Source of the DNA: a virus
Direction: 5' to 3' (one strand)
DNA length: 48,990 nt
IMG/VR virus record: IMGVR_UViG_3300048916_000093
Span: 1-48,990 of that record
A program made the position numbers and the translations under genes. Positions 16,088 to 24,486 of the stretch are shown here, piece by piece. Numbering within the stretch: position 1 is the stretch's first letter; every line of letters starts with the position of its first letter. Below the pieces are notes generated by a model, which was not told where the DNA came from, ran no database searches, and saw only the letters and a list, made by a program, of their open reading frames with translations.

Positions 16088-16627
16088 CTAAAAAGGACAG
16101 TCGTTGGCCCCGGAGTGCCTGGGCAGGAAAGGCGAGAGCCACGCGGGCGGAGAATGGAACGGGACGCCGTCGGCATCGCGGGTGGGCGGCAAGTATTGTT
16201 CTACCCCCAGGGAGACGAACAGCCAGTAGCGCCGCGTTTCGGGGCTCTGGGCCGCTACGGGACGGCTTTGGCGCTCATGGCGAAGCTCGCGGTTCCTCTC
16301 CCCCGTCTCGCCGGCAAGGTGTTCTACGCATAGCGTGGACGGCCCACACGGGCAGCAATGGTCAACGTCGAGCCCCTCGATATCGAAGCCGTGGATATGG
16401 ACCGCGGCCCAGCGGTGGGCGAGCCACATTTTACCTTCGAACCAAAAGTACCCGTATGGCTCGTTACGACCCTTCCCGTGCGTCGTGGTGCCGATCCACA
16501 TGACGCAACCCGTGACCGGATCGAAGGCGCATTTCTTGGCAAATCGCTCAAGGGGGTTTTCGGGTATGAGGCGGCCCAGGTGATCACGATTTGCGTCGCG
16601 GGCGAAGACGAGGCTAGCTTTTGGCAT
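16088..16627 (-). CDS. HNH endonuclease (free-standing, adjacent to the DNA polymerase gene)
   Basis: The motifs are CVMWIGTTTHGKGRNEPYGYFWFEGKMWLAHRWAA and LDVDHCCPCGPSTLCVEHL. The ATG abuts the polymerase stop. Confidence 0.8.
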   Translation of the reverse strand: MPKASLVFARDANRDHLGRLIPENPLERFAKKCAFDPVTGCVMWIGTTTHGKGRNEPYGYFWFEGKMWLAHRWAAVHIHGFDIEGLDVDHCCPCGPSTLCVEHLAGETGERNRELRHERQSRPVAAQSPETRRYWLFVSLGVEQYLPPTRDADGVPFHSPPAWLSPFLPRHSGANDCPF

Positions 16628-18946
16628 CTATCCCTTCCGGTATCTATGGCCGCGCCATCCGTCGGCCGCGCGCACTGGCCAGCCGCGCGCCCATACGTCC
16701 ACCCGCGACATTATCTCTTCGACCCGCGCAACGATCGGGTCCGGCACTCCTGGAGGTGACGCGGGGAGCCACGGTATCTCAACGACGATTTCGTCATAAA
16801 CGTGCAAGACAACGTCGAATCCCTCCCGTCGAAGCTCCCGCATGGCGTAGCGCAACAGGCAATGCGCGACGGCCTGGACGACGTTCTCGCATAACCGGCC
16901 GCCGAATGTCGACATGCGAACCCACCCGATCGCGCCATAATTCGGGTTCGTGTTGTCTGTCATATATGACAGGGACAGCTCACCTGGGCTCGCGTACTCG
17001 CGGTCGGAAGGCGCAAGGCGCGGCTCCCAATAAGTGAGGTGGCGGCCGGATGGGAGCCATATCAACAGTCGATCGGTAGCCGTCTCATAGATGAAGTGGA
17101 TATCGGGCGTGTCGGTACGCCAATCACCCATTTCGCCATTGGGGAGCATCTGGCGGAGGCGGGGCCGAATCATCGTGTCGGGGTTCTGGACCGCCTCGAT
17201 CGCCGCACCCTCCAGACCGAAGCTCTCCGCATATCCCTTCCACGGTGGCCCGCGCCATTGGCCGCCCCATAGCTCGACGATCGCGGGTGATGCGGCGCGC
17301 CAAGCCTTGATCAGGTCTTTGACTTGCTGATCGTCGAACGTGTCAGTTTCGTCGAAATTCCGCCATGCCCCAATCCAACCGCCAAAGCCCAAGGCCAACT
17401 CCGCAACCTTGCCGATATTTTGGCGGTCGGGGTGATGCTCGTCATTCTCGCGCTTGTAGCCCTCATACCATTCGACCGTCTTGCCGGTGATCTTGGCGGC
17501 CGACGCGAGATAGATCGGAATGCGATTGTGGAACGCTTCCTTACGCCATGTCTCGCCCGCCAGCTCCGCCGTGACCACGGCCTCAATCGCGCTATAGTCC
17601 GACGCTACGAGCTGCTTCCCGTCGCCGGCACAGAACAGGCCGCGCGAGCATCCGCCCACGCATAGGAGCGCGTCGCCAAAGAAATACTCGACGAGATCCA
17701 ATGACCGGTAGGCCATGATCTCCAGGACCGCGTCGACCATAGCCGGCGTCCAGAGCGGCTTGAGCTTCTTCGGCAGCGGTGCGGCGCACCACGGGCAGGC
17801 ATTATGCGTCGGGGCAAAAGGTTTGGCGCAATGATCACACGTCAAGAGTTTGGGACCTGTGCGGAGCATGTTGAGCGGTTGCGCGCCCTCGCCCGTCGGC
17901 CGCCCGGTTCTTGTACCATGGTGGACGATTGTGTTGCGGACCCGGTTATCGTTCGACGCCATGCGCTGCATCGCGAAGATTTTCTTGACGCTTGCGGACC
18001 CGACGAGAGCCCGTAGCTCGATCGCTCGGCGCGCGGGGAATATGCCGCCTGGGGGGTGCGGCGCGAGCTTCTTTAGCAGCGCTTCGACATGCTCCGCGTC
18101 CAGGCTGTTGACATAGACGTGTTGCGCCGCCAGCCATCCCTTGAGCTTCTCCAGCTCCGTAGGCTTCACGCCTCCGGTTAGCCGCTCCAGCTCTTCTCCG
18201 TAGCGCTCCAGGGCTTGGTTGAGGACGGCCGCGCAATCGTCCACGCCCTTACGGTCGATCGCGATGCCGCGCCAGTTTATCTCCTGATCGAAAAGCCACA
18301 TATCCCGCTCGTCGTCGGTCATCGGCGGCATGGCGGCGCTCGCGGCTTCCTCCGCAATCACGTCGTCGTCGCAATACTCGTAGAGGAATTCCGCGTCGAT
18401 CGGATCTTCCTCCGGATAAATCCAGGTGCGCGGGTCGTTCTTGGTCGGGTTGCGCGGAACGCTGAATTTATTGAGCAACCGCCGGCCGTCCGCGTTCTTG
18501 CGCACGGGAAGCTTTAGGACCTCCGCGAGTCGCGCGAGGCCGCCGGGCAGCGAATTGACGTGAGCGGTGGCCATGGAGCAATGAAGCTGGGCGGGGTTGA
18601 TGGGCGGGAAGCCGTAGAGCCTCATGCACACGTTGACCCAAATCATCCGCTCAAACATGGCGTTGTGGGCTTCGAGGATACCGCCAGCCGCGAGGTAATC
18701 GAAGAGCCGTTGCGGGAGCGGTTGCCCCGGCCGCCACCTCGTGACCGCTATGTCGCCGGGAAGCTTGAACGATAGGGTGAGAACGCGCGTGCTGGGGTGT
18801 TCGGAGTATGGCCCCGACCCGATGACCTGGAGGCCCTTCTTGCCCTGGGGTGCGTTGGGCGGCCCGTCCCATTTTCGGCGGGCCTCATTCCAGCAATAGC
18901 CGGCCTCGCTCGCGGTTTCGTAGTCGAAGGTTCCGTGGATAAGCAT
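16628..18946 (-). CDS. Family A DNA polymerase with 3'-5' exonuclease domain
   Basis: 772 aa. Exo I is HGTFDYET, motif A is LVASDYSAIEAVV and motif C is VLHVYDEIVVE. A Zn-ribbon-containing insertion lies before motif A. Confidence 0.9.
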   Translation of the reverse strand: MLIHGTFDYETASEAGYCWNEARRKWDGPPNAPQGKKGLQVIGSGPYSEHPSTRVLTLSFKLPGDIAVTRWRPGQPLPQRLFDYLAAGGILEAHNAMFERMIWVNVCMRLYGFPPINPAQLHCSMATAHVNSLPGGLARLAEVLKLPVRKNADGRRLLNKFSVPRNPTKNDPRTWIYPEEDPIDAEFLYEYCDDDVIAEEAASAAMPPMTDDERDMWLFDQEINWRGIAIDRKGVDDCAAVLNQALERYGEELERLTGGVKPTELEKLKGWLAAQHVYVNSLDAEHVEALLKKLAPHPPGGIFPARRAIELRALVGSASVKKIFAMQRMASNDNRVRNTIVHHGTRTGRPTGEGAQPLNMLRTGPKLLTCDHCAKPFAPTHNACPWCAAPLPKKLKPLWTPAMVDAVLEIMAYRSLDLVEYFFGDALLCVGGCSRGLFCAGDGKQLVASDYSAIEAVVTAELAGETWRKEAFHNRIPIYLASAAKITGKTVEWYEGYKRENDEHHPDRQNIGKVAELALGFGGWIGAWRNFDETDTFDDQQVKDLIKAWRAASPAIVELWGGQWRGPPWKGYAESFGLEGAAIEAVQNPDTMIRPRLRQMLPNGEMGDWRTDTPDIHFIYETATDRLLIWLPSGRHLTYWEPRLAPSDREYASPGELSLSYMTDNTNPNYGAIGWVRMSTFGGRLCENVVQAVAHCLLRYAMRELRREGFDVVLHVYDEIVVEIPWLPASPPGVPDPIVARVEEIMSRVDVWARGWPVRAADGWRGHRYRKG

Positions 18947-19019
18947 GGTTTCCCCGGCACGGTTCGAACGTGCGTTGGCGAATTCAAAGTCCGCAGTCCT
19001 ACCACTAGACGACGGGGAA
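18946..19019 (-). tRNA. tRNA-Gln (anticodon UUG), 74 nt with encoded CCA
   Basis: Hand-folded: acceptor UUCCCCG/CGGGGAA, D arm GUCU-AGUGGUA-GGAC, anticodon arm GCGGA-CUUUGAA-UUCGC, variable loop CAAC, T arm GCACG-UUCGAAC-CGUGC, discriminator A, then CCA. The terminal A is the A of the polymerase ATG. Confidence 0.85.
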
Positions 19020-19028
19020 ACGGAGTGG

Positions 19029-19058
19029 CCCGGAGACGGGGGGGGGATAGTCTCCGGG
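19029..19058 (-). other. 9-bp-stem hairpin (CCCGGAGAC / GTCTCCGGG) with a G9/C9 loop, just 5' of the tRNA
   Basis: The inverted repeat was read directly. No U-tract follows on the minus strand, so a terminator role is uncertain. It could be an RNA processing or stability element. Confidence 0.35.
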
Positions 19059-19060
19059 CC

Positions 19061-19082
19061 TAGCGGGCGGGAGGCCCCGCTA
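19061..19082 (-). other. 7-bp-stem hairpin (TAGCGGG / CCCGCTA) containing the SSB-like gene stop codon
   Basis: The inverted repeat was read directly. Confidence 0.3.
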
Positions 19083-20135
19083 TACGAGCAAGCCGTTGGC
19101 GCGGAGCGTGTCGTCCGTCCATCCGGCCTGAATATATGCCTCGTAGGTTGTCGTCGCCGCGGCTGTCATTTGCCTAGTAGGGGACGTCATCGCATGTGTA
19201 GCAGAAGCTGGCGGTGGCGGGGCCGCCGCACCCGGCGCAGCGTTTCCCATGTAGCCGGTATAGGGCGTCGTGCCGGCCGGAGGACCACCGGGGCCAGTAG
19301 TCGGGGGCGGGCCTCCAGGACCGGCCGCCGGAGCGCCCGCGGGGGGCACATAGGCGGGAGGCGGACCACCGGGGCCAGTAGCCGGGGGCGGACCTCCCGG
19401 CCCAGGTCCAGGACCCGTCGCCGGAGGCGGACCACCGGGACCGGCGGACGGAGGTGGGAGCGCCGCGCCGCCCTGGGGAATAGCCGACATGCCCGCGGGA
19501 ATTGCCGACGACTTGTTGCCGAAGGCCGCGACGGCGTCCATGCCGCCAACGATCTCTTGGCCCCAGCCGATATATTGGATCAACTCCAGATTGAGATAGA
19601 GGCCCGGCGTCTGCGTCGAGTCGTTGCCGGTAATGTTGCCCGCGACACGAACGTAGAACCCGCGCTTGATTTGGTCGGTCGTTTCGAAGACGTTGGGGCT
19701 CGTCTCGACAAGGGACTTGGGGATATACCCCGACCCGAAGCGAAGAACCCAATGGCCGGCGAACCCCTCCTTTTCGAAGTTGGGCTTGCCTTTCGTGTCG
19801 TAACCGTCGCCGTCGAGCAGCTTCCATGCGAAATCGCGCGCTTGGCAGGGACCGCCGTTCGGGAACAGCGCCGGCCACTCGACGCGGGCGACCTTGTCCA
19901 TGAGCGCGTAAAGCTCGTTGAATTCCCAATTGTCGACGAGCTGGCCGGTTTGGGGATGGGGTACCATTTTGGGGAAAGCGACCGCGATAAAGATTTGCGG
20001 GTTTGGCTGGCCGGCTTTCGGGCCGGACTTGAAGACGCGCGGACGACCTTCGCTGTCCGTCTCCTGCATTTTGTAGCAATCGCCCTGGACCAAACGCCCG
20101 ACGGGAGAGGTAAAGATTTCCTTATACTTGCTCAT
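19080..20135 (-). CDS. ssDNA-binding protein candidate (DUF2815 / T7 gp2.5-like) with Pro/Gly-rich repeat linker
   Basis: 351 aa with AGGAG upstream. The call rests on position between the Cas4-like exonuclease and PolA and on the N-terminal MSKYKEIFTSPVGRLVQGDCY pattern. The functional call is tentative. Confidence 0.6.
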   Translation of the reverse strand: MSKYKEIFTSPVGRLVQGDCYKMQETDSEGRPRVFKSGPKAGQPNPQIFIAVAFPKMVPHPQTGQLVDNWEFNELYALMDKVARVEWPALFPNGGPCQARDFAWKLLDGDGYDTKGKPNFEKEGFAGHWVLRFGSGYIPKSLVETSPNVFETTDQIKRGFYVRVAGNITGNDSTQTPGLYLNLELIQYIGWGQEIVGGMDAVAAFGNKSSAIPAGMSAIPQGGAALPPPSAGPGGPPPATGPGPGPGGPPPATGPGGPPPAYVPPAGAPAAGPGGPPPTTGPGGPPAGTTPYTGYMGNAAPGAAAPPPPASATHAMTSPTRQMTAAATTTYEAYIQAGWTDDTLRANGLLV

Positions 20136-20143
20136 GGTAGCTC

Positions 20144-21286
20144 CTATGCAAACCTCTTGAGGGCGTCTTTGTTGTCGAACGGAATCAATTTCTTGAGCCC
20201 GCGCGGGGTGTGGCTTATCGATTTGGTCACGTCTTCGGGCAGACCCGCTTTCTTCGCCTCGTTGGGCGTGAGGCCGGGAACGACCTTGGTCATGGGGAGC
20301 CCGTAAATTTCCCCATATGCGTTGAGCATGTCGACGGTAATGTCATCGTTCCACCGCGTGCGGCCGTAGCTGTAGTCGGTGGACCAAAACGGAACGTCGG
20401 TTCCTCTCTCCGTCAAGCTCAACGCCTGGGCCTCCAGACCCACCGCGCGAGCCTCCAGACGCTTGATTGCCGCGCGAATGATTCGCAGCTCCAGGCCCAG
20501 AGCGTGCGGCGGTAGCTCGATCGGTTGGCCCGTGAGGGAATAGTCGACCAAAGCCATGCCCAACTTTTGGGCCGCCGGGCACGCGTGAACAGCCGTGCAA
20601 TCGAGGCAGTAATCCCCCGTCTTCATCGGGGCGTTTGGTTGCATCGCCAGTTGCGCCGCCGCGTGAAGGGCGTTGTGGTATCCGATCAGCTTGTCCCCGG
20701 TGAAGTGCCAGTAACGGAGGTGCCCGTCCGGATGGTAATTCCGGGGCTGGGCGATCGTCACCGTACAATTCCACAAGTGCCACTCTTCGAATTTGACCCC
20801 CAGATCGGCAAGACGGAGGATTATATAGTCGATCGACTGCCAATGCTCGAAAGCATCGTGGTAGCGGTGCCCGTACTTATAGTCCCAATTACGGAGCCGC
20901 TTGTTAGTGAAGTCGATCAAGGTGACGTCGGGCGTGCCCCAGTTGGCCGCATGGATTATGCCTTTACCATGCGCGACGCATTCCACAAGGAGCGTCGCAC
21001 CGCTGCCGGCCGCCGAAAGGGTCGATCGGACGTCTTCGATAATCCCGGCCCCGCAATCGACCATTTCCTTGTCGATCGGGTGGCCGTTGGGGGCGATATC
21101 CCCAATTCGGCAAGGGCGGCCCGATATGGTTTCGGTGACATAGAAATGTGCGGCCGTGCCCTCCCGCGCCTCCGGTGTGTCCTCGTCGACCGGAAATTGC
21201 GCCTGGAGGGTAGGGGCGGCCGGACAACCGCCCGGCCCCCACTGATCGGCACCCGATGGAGCAAGGAAGGCGTGGGCCTCACTCAC
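20144..21286 (-). CDS. PD-(D/E)XK exonuclease, DUF2800/Cas4-like with 4-Cys cluster
   Basis: GTG start with a GTGA overlap. There is an N-terminal Cys (GPGGCPAAP) plus C-terminal YCLDCTAVHAC, giving C...CxxCx5C. The sequence WGTPDVTLIDF...WDYKYG is nuclease-core-like. Confidence 0.75.
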   Translation of the reverse strand: MSEAHAFLAPSGADQWGPGGCPAAPTLQAQFPVDEDTPEAREGTAAHFYVTETISGRPCRIGDIAPNGHPIDKEMVDCGAGIIEDVRSTLSAAGSGATLLVECVAHGKGIIHAANWGTPDVTLIDFTNKRLRNWDYKYGHRYHDAFEHWQSIDYIILRLADLGVKFEEWHLWNCTVTIAQPRNYHPDGHLRYWHFTGDKLIGYHNALHAAAQLAMQPNAPMKTGDYCLDCTAVHACPAAQKLGMALVDYSLTGQPIELPPHALGLELRIIRAAIKRLEARAVGLEAQALSLTERGTDVPFWSTDYSYGRTRWNDDITVDMLNAYGEIYGLPMTKVVPGLTPNEAKKAGLPEDVTKSISHTPRGLKKLIPFDNKDALKRFA

Positions 21287-22044
21287 GGGAGCAGGGCTTC
21301 GAACGTCGGGATAAGATCCGGACGATTCGCGAGATCGCGGATGCTGGTAAGGCCCAGGCTCGCCGCGATCTCATTGGTCATCTGTGTCGTGACGGTGCCG
21401 CCCGCCTGCTTCGCCACGACCGTCCGCATGAACGACGTGAAGGGGGTGTCTCCGGCCGCCGGTTCGGTTGTGGGCGGGGGCGGTGCGGCCGGGGGTGGGG
21501 GCGCGGCATCGGCAGGAGCGCCTTCGACCTGAATGACGGGTGCCGTCGTGGTGGCCGGCGGGGGCGGCGCGGCGGGCGCACCTTCCGCTTGGATCACGGG
21601 GGCTCCGGCCGGCGGTGCGGACATGGCCTTGCGCAATTCGGCTTCGACCTGGACAACCAGCGCCGCGTCGACGTTACGCTTGGCGGTCCATTCTTCGGCC
21701 TTGGTCTTGGTCTTGGTCGAAGCGTGGATACGGCCATCCCAGGGAAGACCGCGCTTGTCGACCTCGACGCCTTCCGGCACGATGATTTCGGGGAGGGTGG
21801 TCGGCGTCACAACCGGGCCGCCGGGTTCTTCACCGGACGCAGCTCCAGCACCATTCCCACCGGACGGGTCGGCCGCATCCGCGACAACAACCGGGGGCGG
21901 AGGGGCGGGCGGTGCGGCAGTCGTCGTGAGCAACCCGGCCTTTCCCTGCATAACGGAGACGAAGGCGGCAAGCGCTTCCCACTCCTTGGGCGACGCTTCG
22001 CCGCTCTGTATCTCGATCAGAATTGCCATAAGATTTCGCTCCAT
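21283..22044 (-). CDS. Hypothetical early protein with Pro-rich tandem repeats (start more likely ATG 22029)
   Basis: GGAG lies 9 nt before the second ATG (MAILIEIQSG...). It contains VDKRGLPWDGRIHAS and the duplicated APVIQ(A/V)EGAPA...PPPP. Confidence 0.7.
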   Translation of the reverse strand: MERNLMAILIEIQSGEASPKEWEALAAFVSVMQGKAGLLTTTAAPPAPPPPVVVADAADPSGGNGAGAASGEEPGGPVVTPTTLPEIIVPEGVEVDKRGLPWDGRIHASTKTKTKAEEWTAKRNVDAALVVQVEAELRKAMSAPPAGAPVIQAEGAPAAPPPPATTTAPVIQVEGAPADAAPPPPAAPPPPTTEPAAGDTPFTSFMRTVVAKQAGGTVTTQMTNEIAASLGLTSIRDLANRPDLIPTFEALLP

Positions 22045-22076
22045 CGGCGGGTTGACATTCGGGGAGTTATTTTAGA

Positions 22077-22092
22077 TTGACGGCATGGTCAA
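22077..22092. promoter_or_regulatory. TTGAC-GGCATG-GTCAA palindrome in the divergent early control region
   Basis: It lies between the minus gene (22029/22044) and the plus helicase gene. CTTGACC/TTGACGG is readable on both strands. Confidence 0.5.
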
Positions 22093-22107
22093 GAGAATTT
22101 TTAGGGG

Positions 22108-23796
22108 GTGCCGCGTGGCGTTCATAAACGGAAAATCAACCGCGTGACCATCCCAATCCTTCGCCCATTCCAAGCGGAATTCATCGGGGAGATCTACCAA
22201 GCGTGGGCGCAAGGTGCGCAAAACGTTATGGGGATGCTGGCTACGGGTGGCGGCAAAACCGTGTGTCTCTCGCATATCGTTCGCGAGGAAGACGCGGCGG
22301 CCGTCGTCATTGCCCATCGCCAAGAATTGGTTGGCCAGCTCTCCCTCACACTCGCCAAATACGGCATCCGTCACAATATCGTTGCCTCCGCCGCCACCGT
22401 TAAGGCCATCGCCCGCGCTCATGTCGAAGAGCTGGGGCGCACCTTCTACGACCCCGGCGCACGGGTATGCGTCGCCAGTGTCGACACGATTATCCGCCGG
22501 CAACTCCCGGATAGTTGGCTACGTCAAGTCACGTTGGGGGTGATTGACGAGGGCCACCACGTCGTTGAGGACAATAAATGGCACGACGCCATGAAGCTCT
22601 TCACCAACCCGGCGATTCGGTGGCTCCTGCCCACGGCCACTCCGAAGCGCGCGGACGGCAAGGGCCTGGGCCGCGGCTACGGTGGCCTCGCGGATATCAT
22701 GGTCCGCGGCCCGGAAATGCGCTGGCTGATCGACCAAAATTATCTGTCCGATTATCGAATTATTTGCCCGCCATCGGATCTTGAGGTTTTATCGAGCGTA
22801 TCCGCGTCCGGTGATTGGTCGTCAAAAGCGCTCAAGGAGGCATCGGAGCGCTCACATATCATTGGCGACGTGGTCCAGGGATATTTGAAATACGCCCTGG
22901 GCAAGCTCCACGTCACGTTTTCCACCGACGTCAATACGGCCGTCAAGCAAGCCGCGGCGTTCCGGGAAGCCGGCATCGCGGCGGAGTGTCTCACGGGTGA
23001 AACCGACGACGCCGTCCGGCGCTCGATCCTACGTCGCTTCGCCAATCGCGAGATCATGGAGATCGTCGCGGTCGATATTATTTCGGAAGGCTTCGACCTT
23101 CCCGCGATCGAGGCGATTTCAATGGCGCGGCCAACGGCGTCGCTTGCGGTTTATATGCAGCAATTTGGTCGCGCGCTCCGCCCCATGGAGGGGAAGGGCA
23201 AGGCGATCGTCATTGATCACGCGGCGAATGTTCTGCGTCACCAGGGGCCGCCCGACAAACCGCGCGCCTGGACGCTGGGCGCGATCGAAAAGCGCAAGCG
23301 GCAAGAGGCCGTAATCGAAATGAAGGTATGCCCGGCGTGCTATGAGCCCTACGAGGGCGTAAGCCGGACCTGTCCGCATTGCGGCCATTACGAGGCACCC
23401 GCGGGACGATCGTCGCCGGGCATGGTGGCGGGTGATCTTGAAGAGCTGGACGCGGAGGTCCTCGCCCGGCTCCGCGCAGCGGTCGATCAGGTCGACATTG
23501 ACGCCGCGATCTATCGGGGCCAGCTCATGGACGCCCCCCAGCGAATGCCCCACGTCGGCATGATGGGGATGGTAAATCGGCACCGCGAGCGACAGGACGC
23601 CCAGGCTACCTTGCGCCACGCCATGAGCATGTGGGGCGGCTGGAGACGTGACCAAGGCGACGACGATGCAACAATGCAACGGCGCTTCTACGCACTCTTC
23701 GGCATGGACGTCTTGACCGCCCAAACGCTGGGGCCTCGCGAGGCTCTTGACCTCGCTGTAAAATTATTTCCGACCATGGCCGACGATTTTGCTTGA
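22108..23796 (+). CDS. SF2 DNA helicase (DEAD/DEAH, ResIII-like) with C-terminal Zn ribbon
   Basis: Motif I is ATGGGKT, motif II is VIDEGHHVV, and the C-terminus has CPACYEPYEGVSRTCPHCGH. The start is uncertain (GTG 22108, or GTG 22144 just before ILRPFQ). Confidence 0.85.
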   Translation: MPRGVHKRKINRVTIPILRPFQAEFIGEIYQAWAQGAQNVMGMLATGGGKTVCLSHIVREEDAAAVVIAHRQELVGQLSLTLAKYGIRHNIVASAATVKAIARAHVEELGRTFYDPGARVCVASVDTIIRRQLPDSWLRQVTLGVIDEGHHVVEDNKWHDAMKLFTNPAIRWLLPTATPKRADGKGLGRGYGGLADIMVRGPEMRWLIDQNYLSDYRIICPPSDLEVLSSVSASGDWSSKALKEASERSHIIGDVVQGYLKYALGKLHVTFSTDVNTAVKQAAAFREAGIAAECLTGETDDAVRRSILRRFANREIMEIVAVDIISEGFDLPAIEAISMARPTASLAVYMQQFGRALRPMEGKGKAIVIDHAANVLRHQGPPDKPRAWTLGAIEKRKRQEAVIEMKVCPACYEPYEGVSRTCPHCGHYEAPAGRSSPGMVAGDLEELDAEVLARLRAAVDQVDIDAAIYRGQLMDAPQRMPHVGMMGMVNRHRERQDAQATLRHAMSMWGGWRRDQGDDDATMQRRFYALFGMDVLTAQTLGPREALDLAVKLFPTMADDFA

Positions 23797-23813
23797 CGGA
23801 GCGGTCAACGCAA
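23791..23813 (+). promoter_or_regulatory. Promoter/operator GCTTGACGGAGCGGTCAACGCAA
   Basis: It is 22/23 identical to 27828-27850. The TTGAC-N6-GTCAA palindrome overlaps the -35. The candidate -10 is TAGTGG at 23816-23821. Confidence 0.5.
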
Positions 23814-23848
23814 TTTAGTGGACGCTTTAAACAGGAAAGGATTGTAAA

Positions 23849-24109
23849 ATGGCGATACCCGCCGGAGCGTATATGAAAATCGCGTCGGACGCCCAGCAAG
23901 GGAAACTCGACGGACAGGTCAAATCTCCACCCACATACTGGGTAATGACGACCCAAGGCATGAGCGGATTTTTCGCCGTCATGATGTGGGACGGCATGGG
24001 TTTTGACGAGCCGTGGGAAACCGGGTTTGGCCGATACAAGAAATCCTCGCAGGCTGTTGCTGAAGCAAAACAATGGGCTGAAGTCGAGGGTTTGGAATTC
24101 CGACCATGA
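23849..24109 (+). CDS. Hypothetical protein (86 aa)
   Basis: GGAAAGGA lies upstream. It is the first gene of a tightly coupled operon. Confidence 0.65.
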   Translation: MAIPAGAYMKIASDAQQGKLDGQVKSPPTYWVMTTQGMSGFFAVMMWDGMGFDEPWETGFGRYKKSSQAVAEAKQWAEVEGLEFRP

Positions 24110-24486
24110 TCGAGCAAGACGTCCAGAGCCTCATTCGCCTGGAGGGGCCGAGCAAGGGCGTGCGACTCTTCCGGAACAACGTCGGGGTCCTGATCGACAA
24201 GCGCGGGGTGCCCGTGCGCTATGGCCTCGCCAACGACACGGTCAAGCTCAACGAGAAATTGAAGAGCGCGGACCTGATCGGCTGGCGACGCGTGATGATC
24301 ACGCCGGCCATGGTCGGGCATGTCATCGCCCAATTCGTCTCCCGCGAATGCAAGCCCACCGGCTGGACGCCGTCGCGTGAGGGGACACAACTTTTCGCCC
24401 ACGAGGAAGCGCAACGCGAGTGGGCGCGGATCATCAATGAGGACGGCGGGGACGCCAAATTCGCAACAGGAGTTGGGACGCTATGA
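24106..24486 (+). CDS. VRR-NUC domain nuclease
   Basis: It shows VRLFRNNVGV...LKSADLIGWRRV...VIAQFVSRECKPTGW, with the D...E.K core pattern, and an ATGA overlap. Confidence 0.7.
   Translation: MIEQDVQSLIRLEGPSKGVRLFRNNVGVLIDKRGVPVRYGLANDTVKLNEKLKSADLIGWRRVMITPAMVGHVIAQFVSRECKPTGWTPSREGTQLFAHEEAQREWARIINEDGGDAKFATGVGTL

Noticed and set aside
19038-19046. G9 homopolymer as a phase-variation switch
   Set aside because: It lies in the loop of an intergenic hairpin, not in a coding region or a promoter spacer that I can define. No ORF's frame depends on it.
18945-20306. 453-aa plus-strand ORF (MVSPARFERALANSKSAVLPLDDGETEW...)
   Set aside because: Its first ~25 codons are the antisense of the tRNA-Gln gene. 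The rest is antisense to the well-supported SSB-like gene. The Arg/Gly-rich composition is typical of spurious ORFs in GC-rich DNA.
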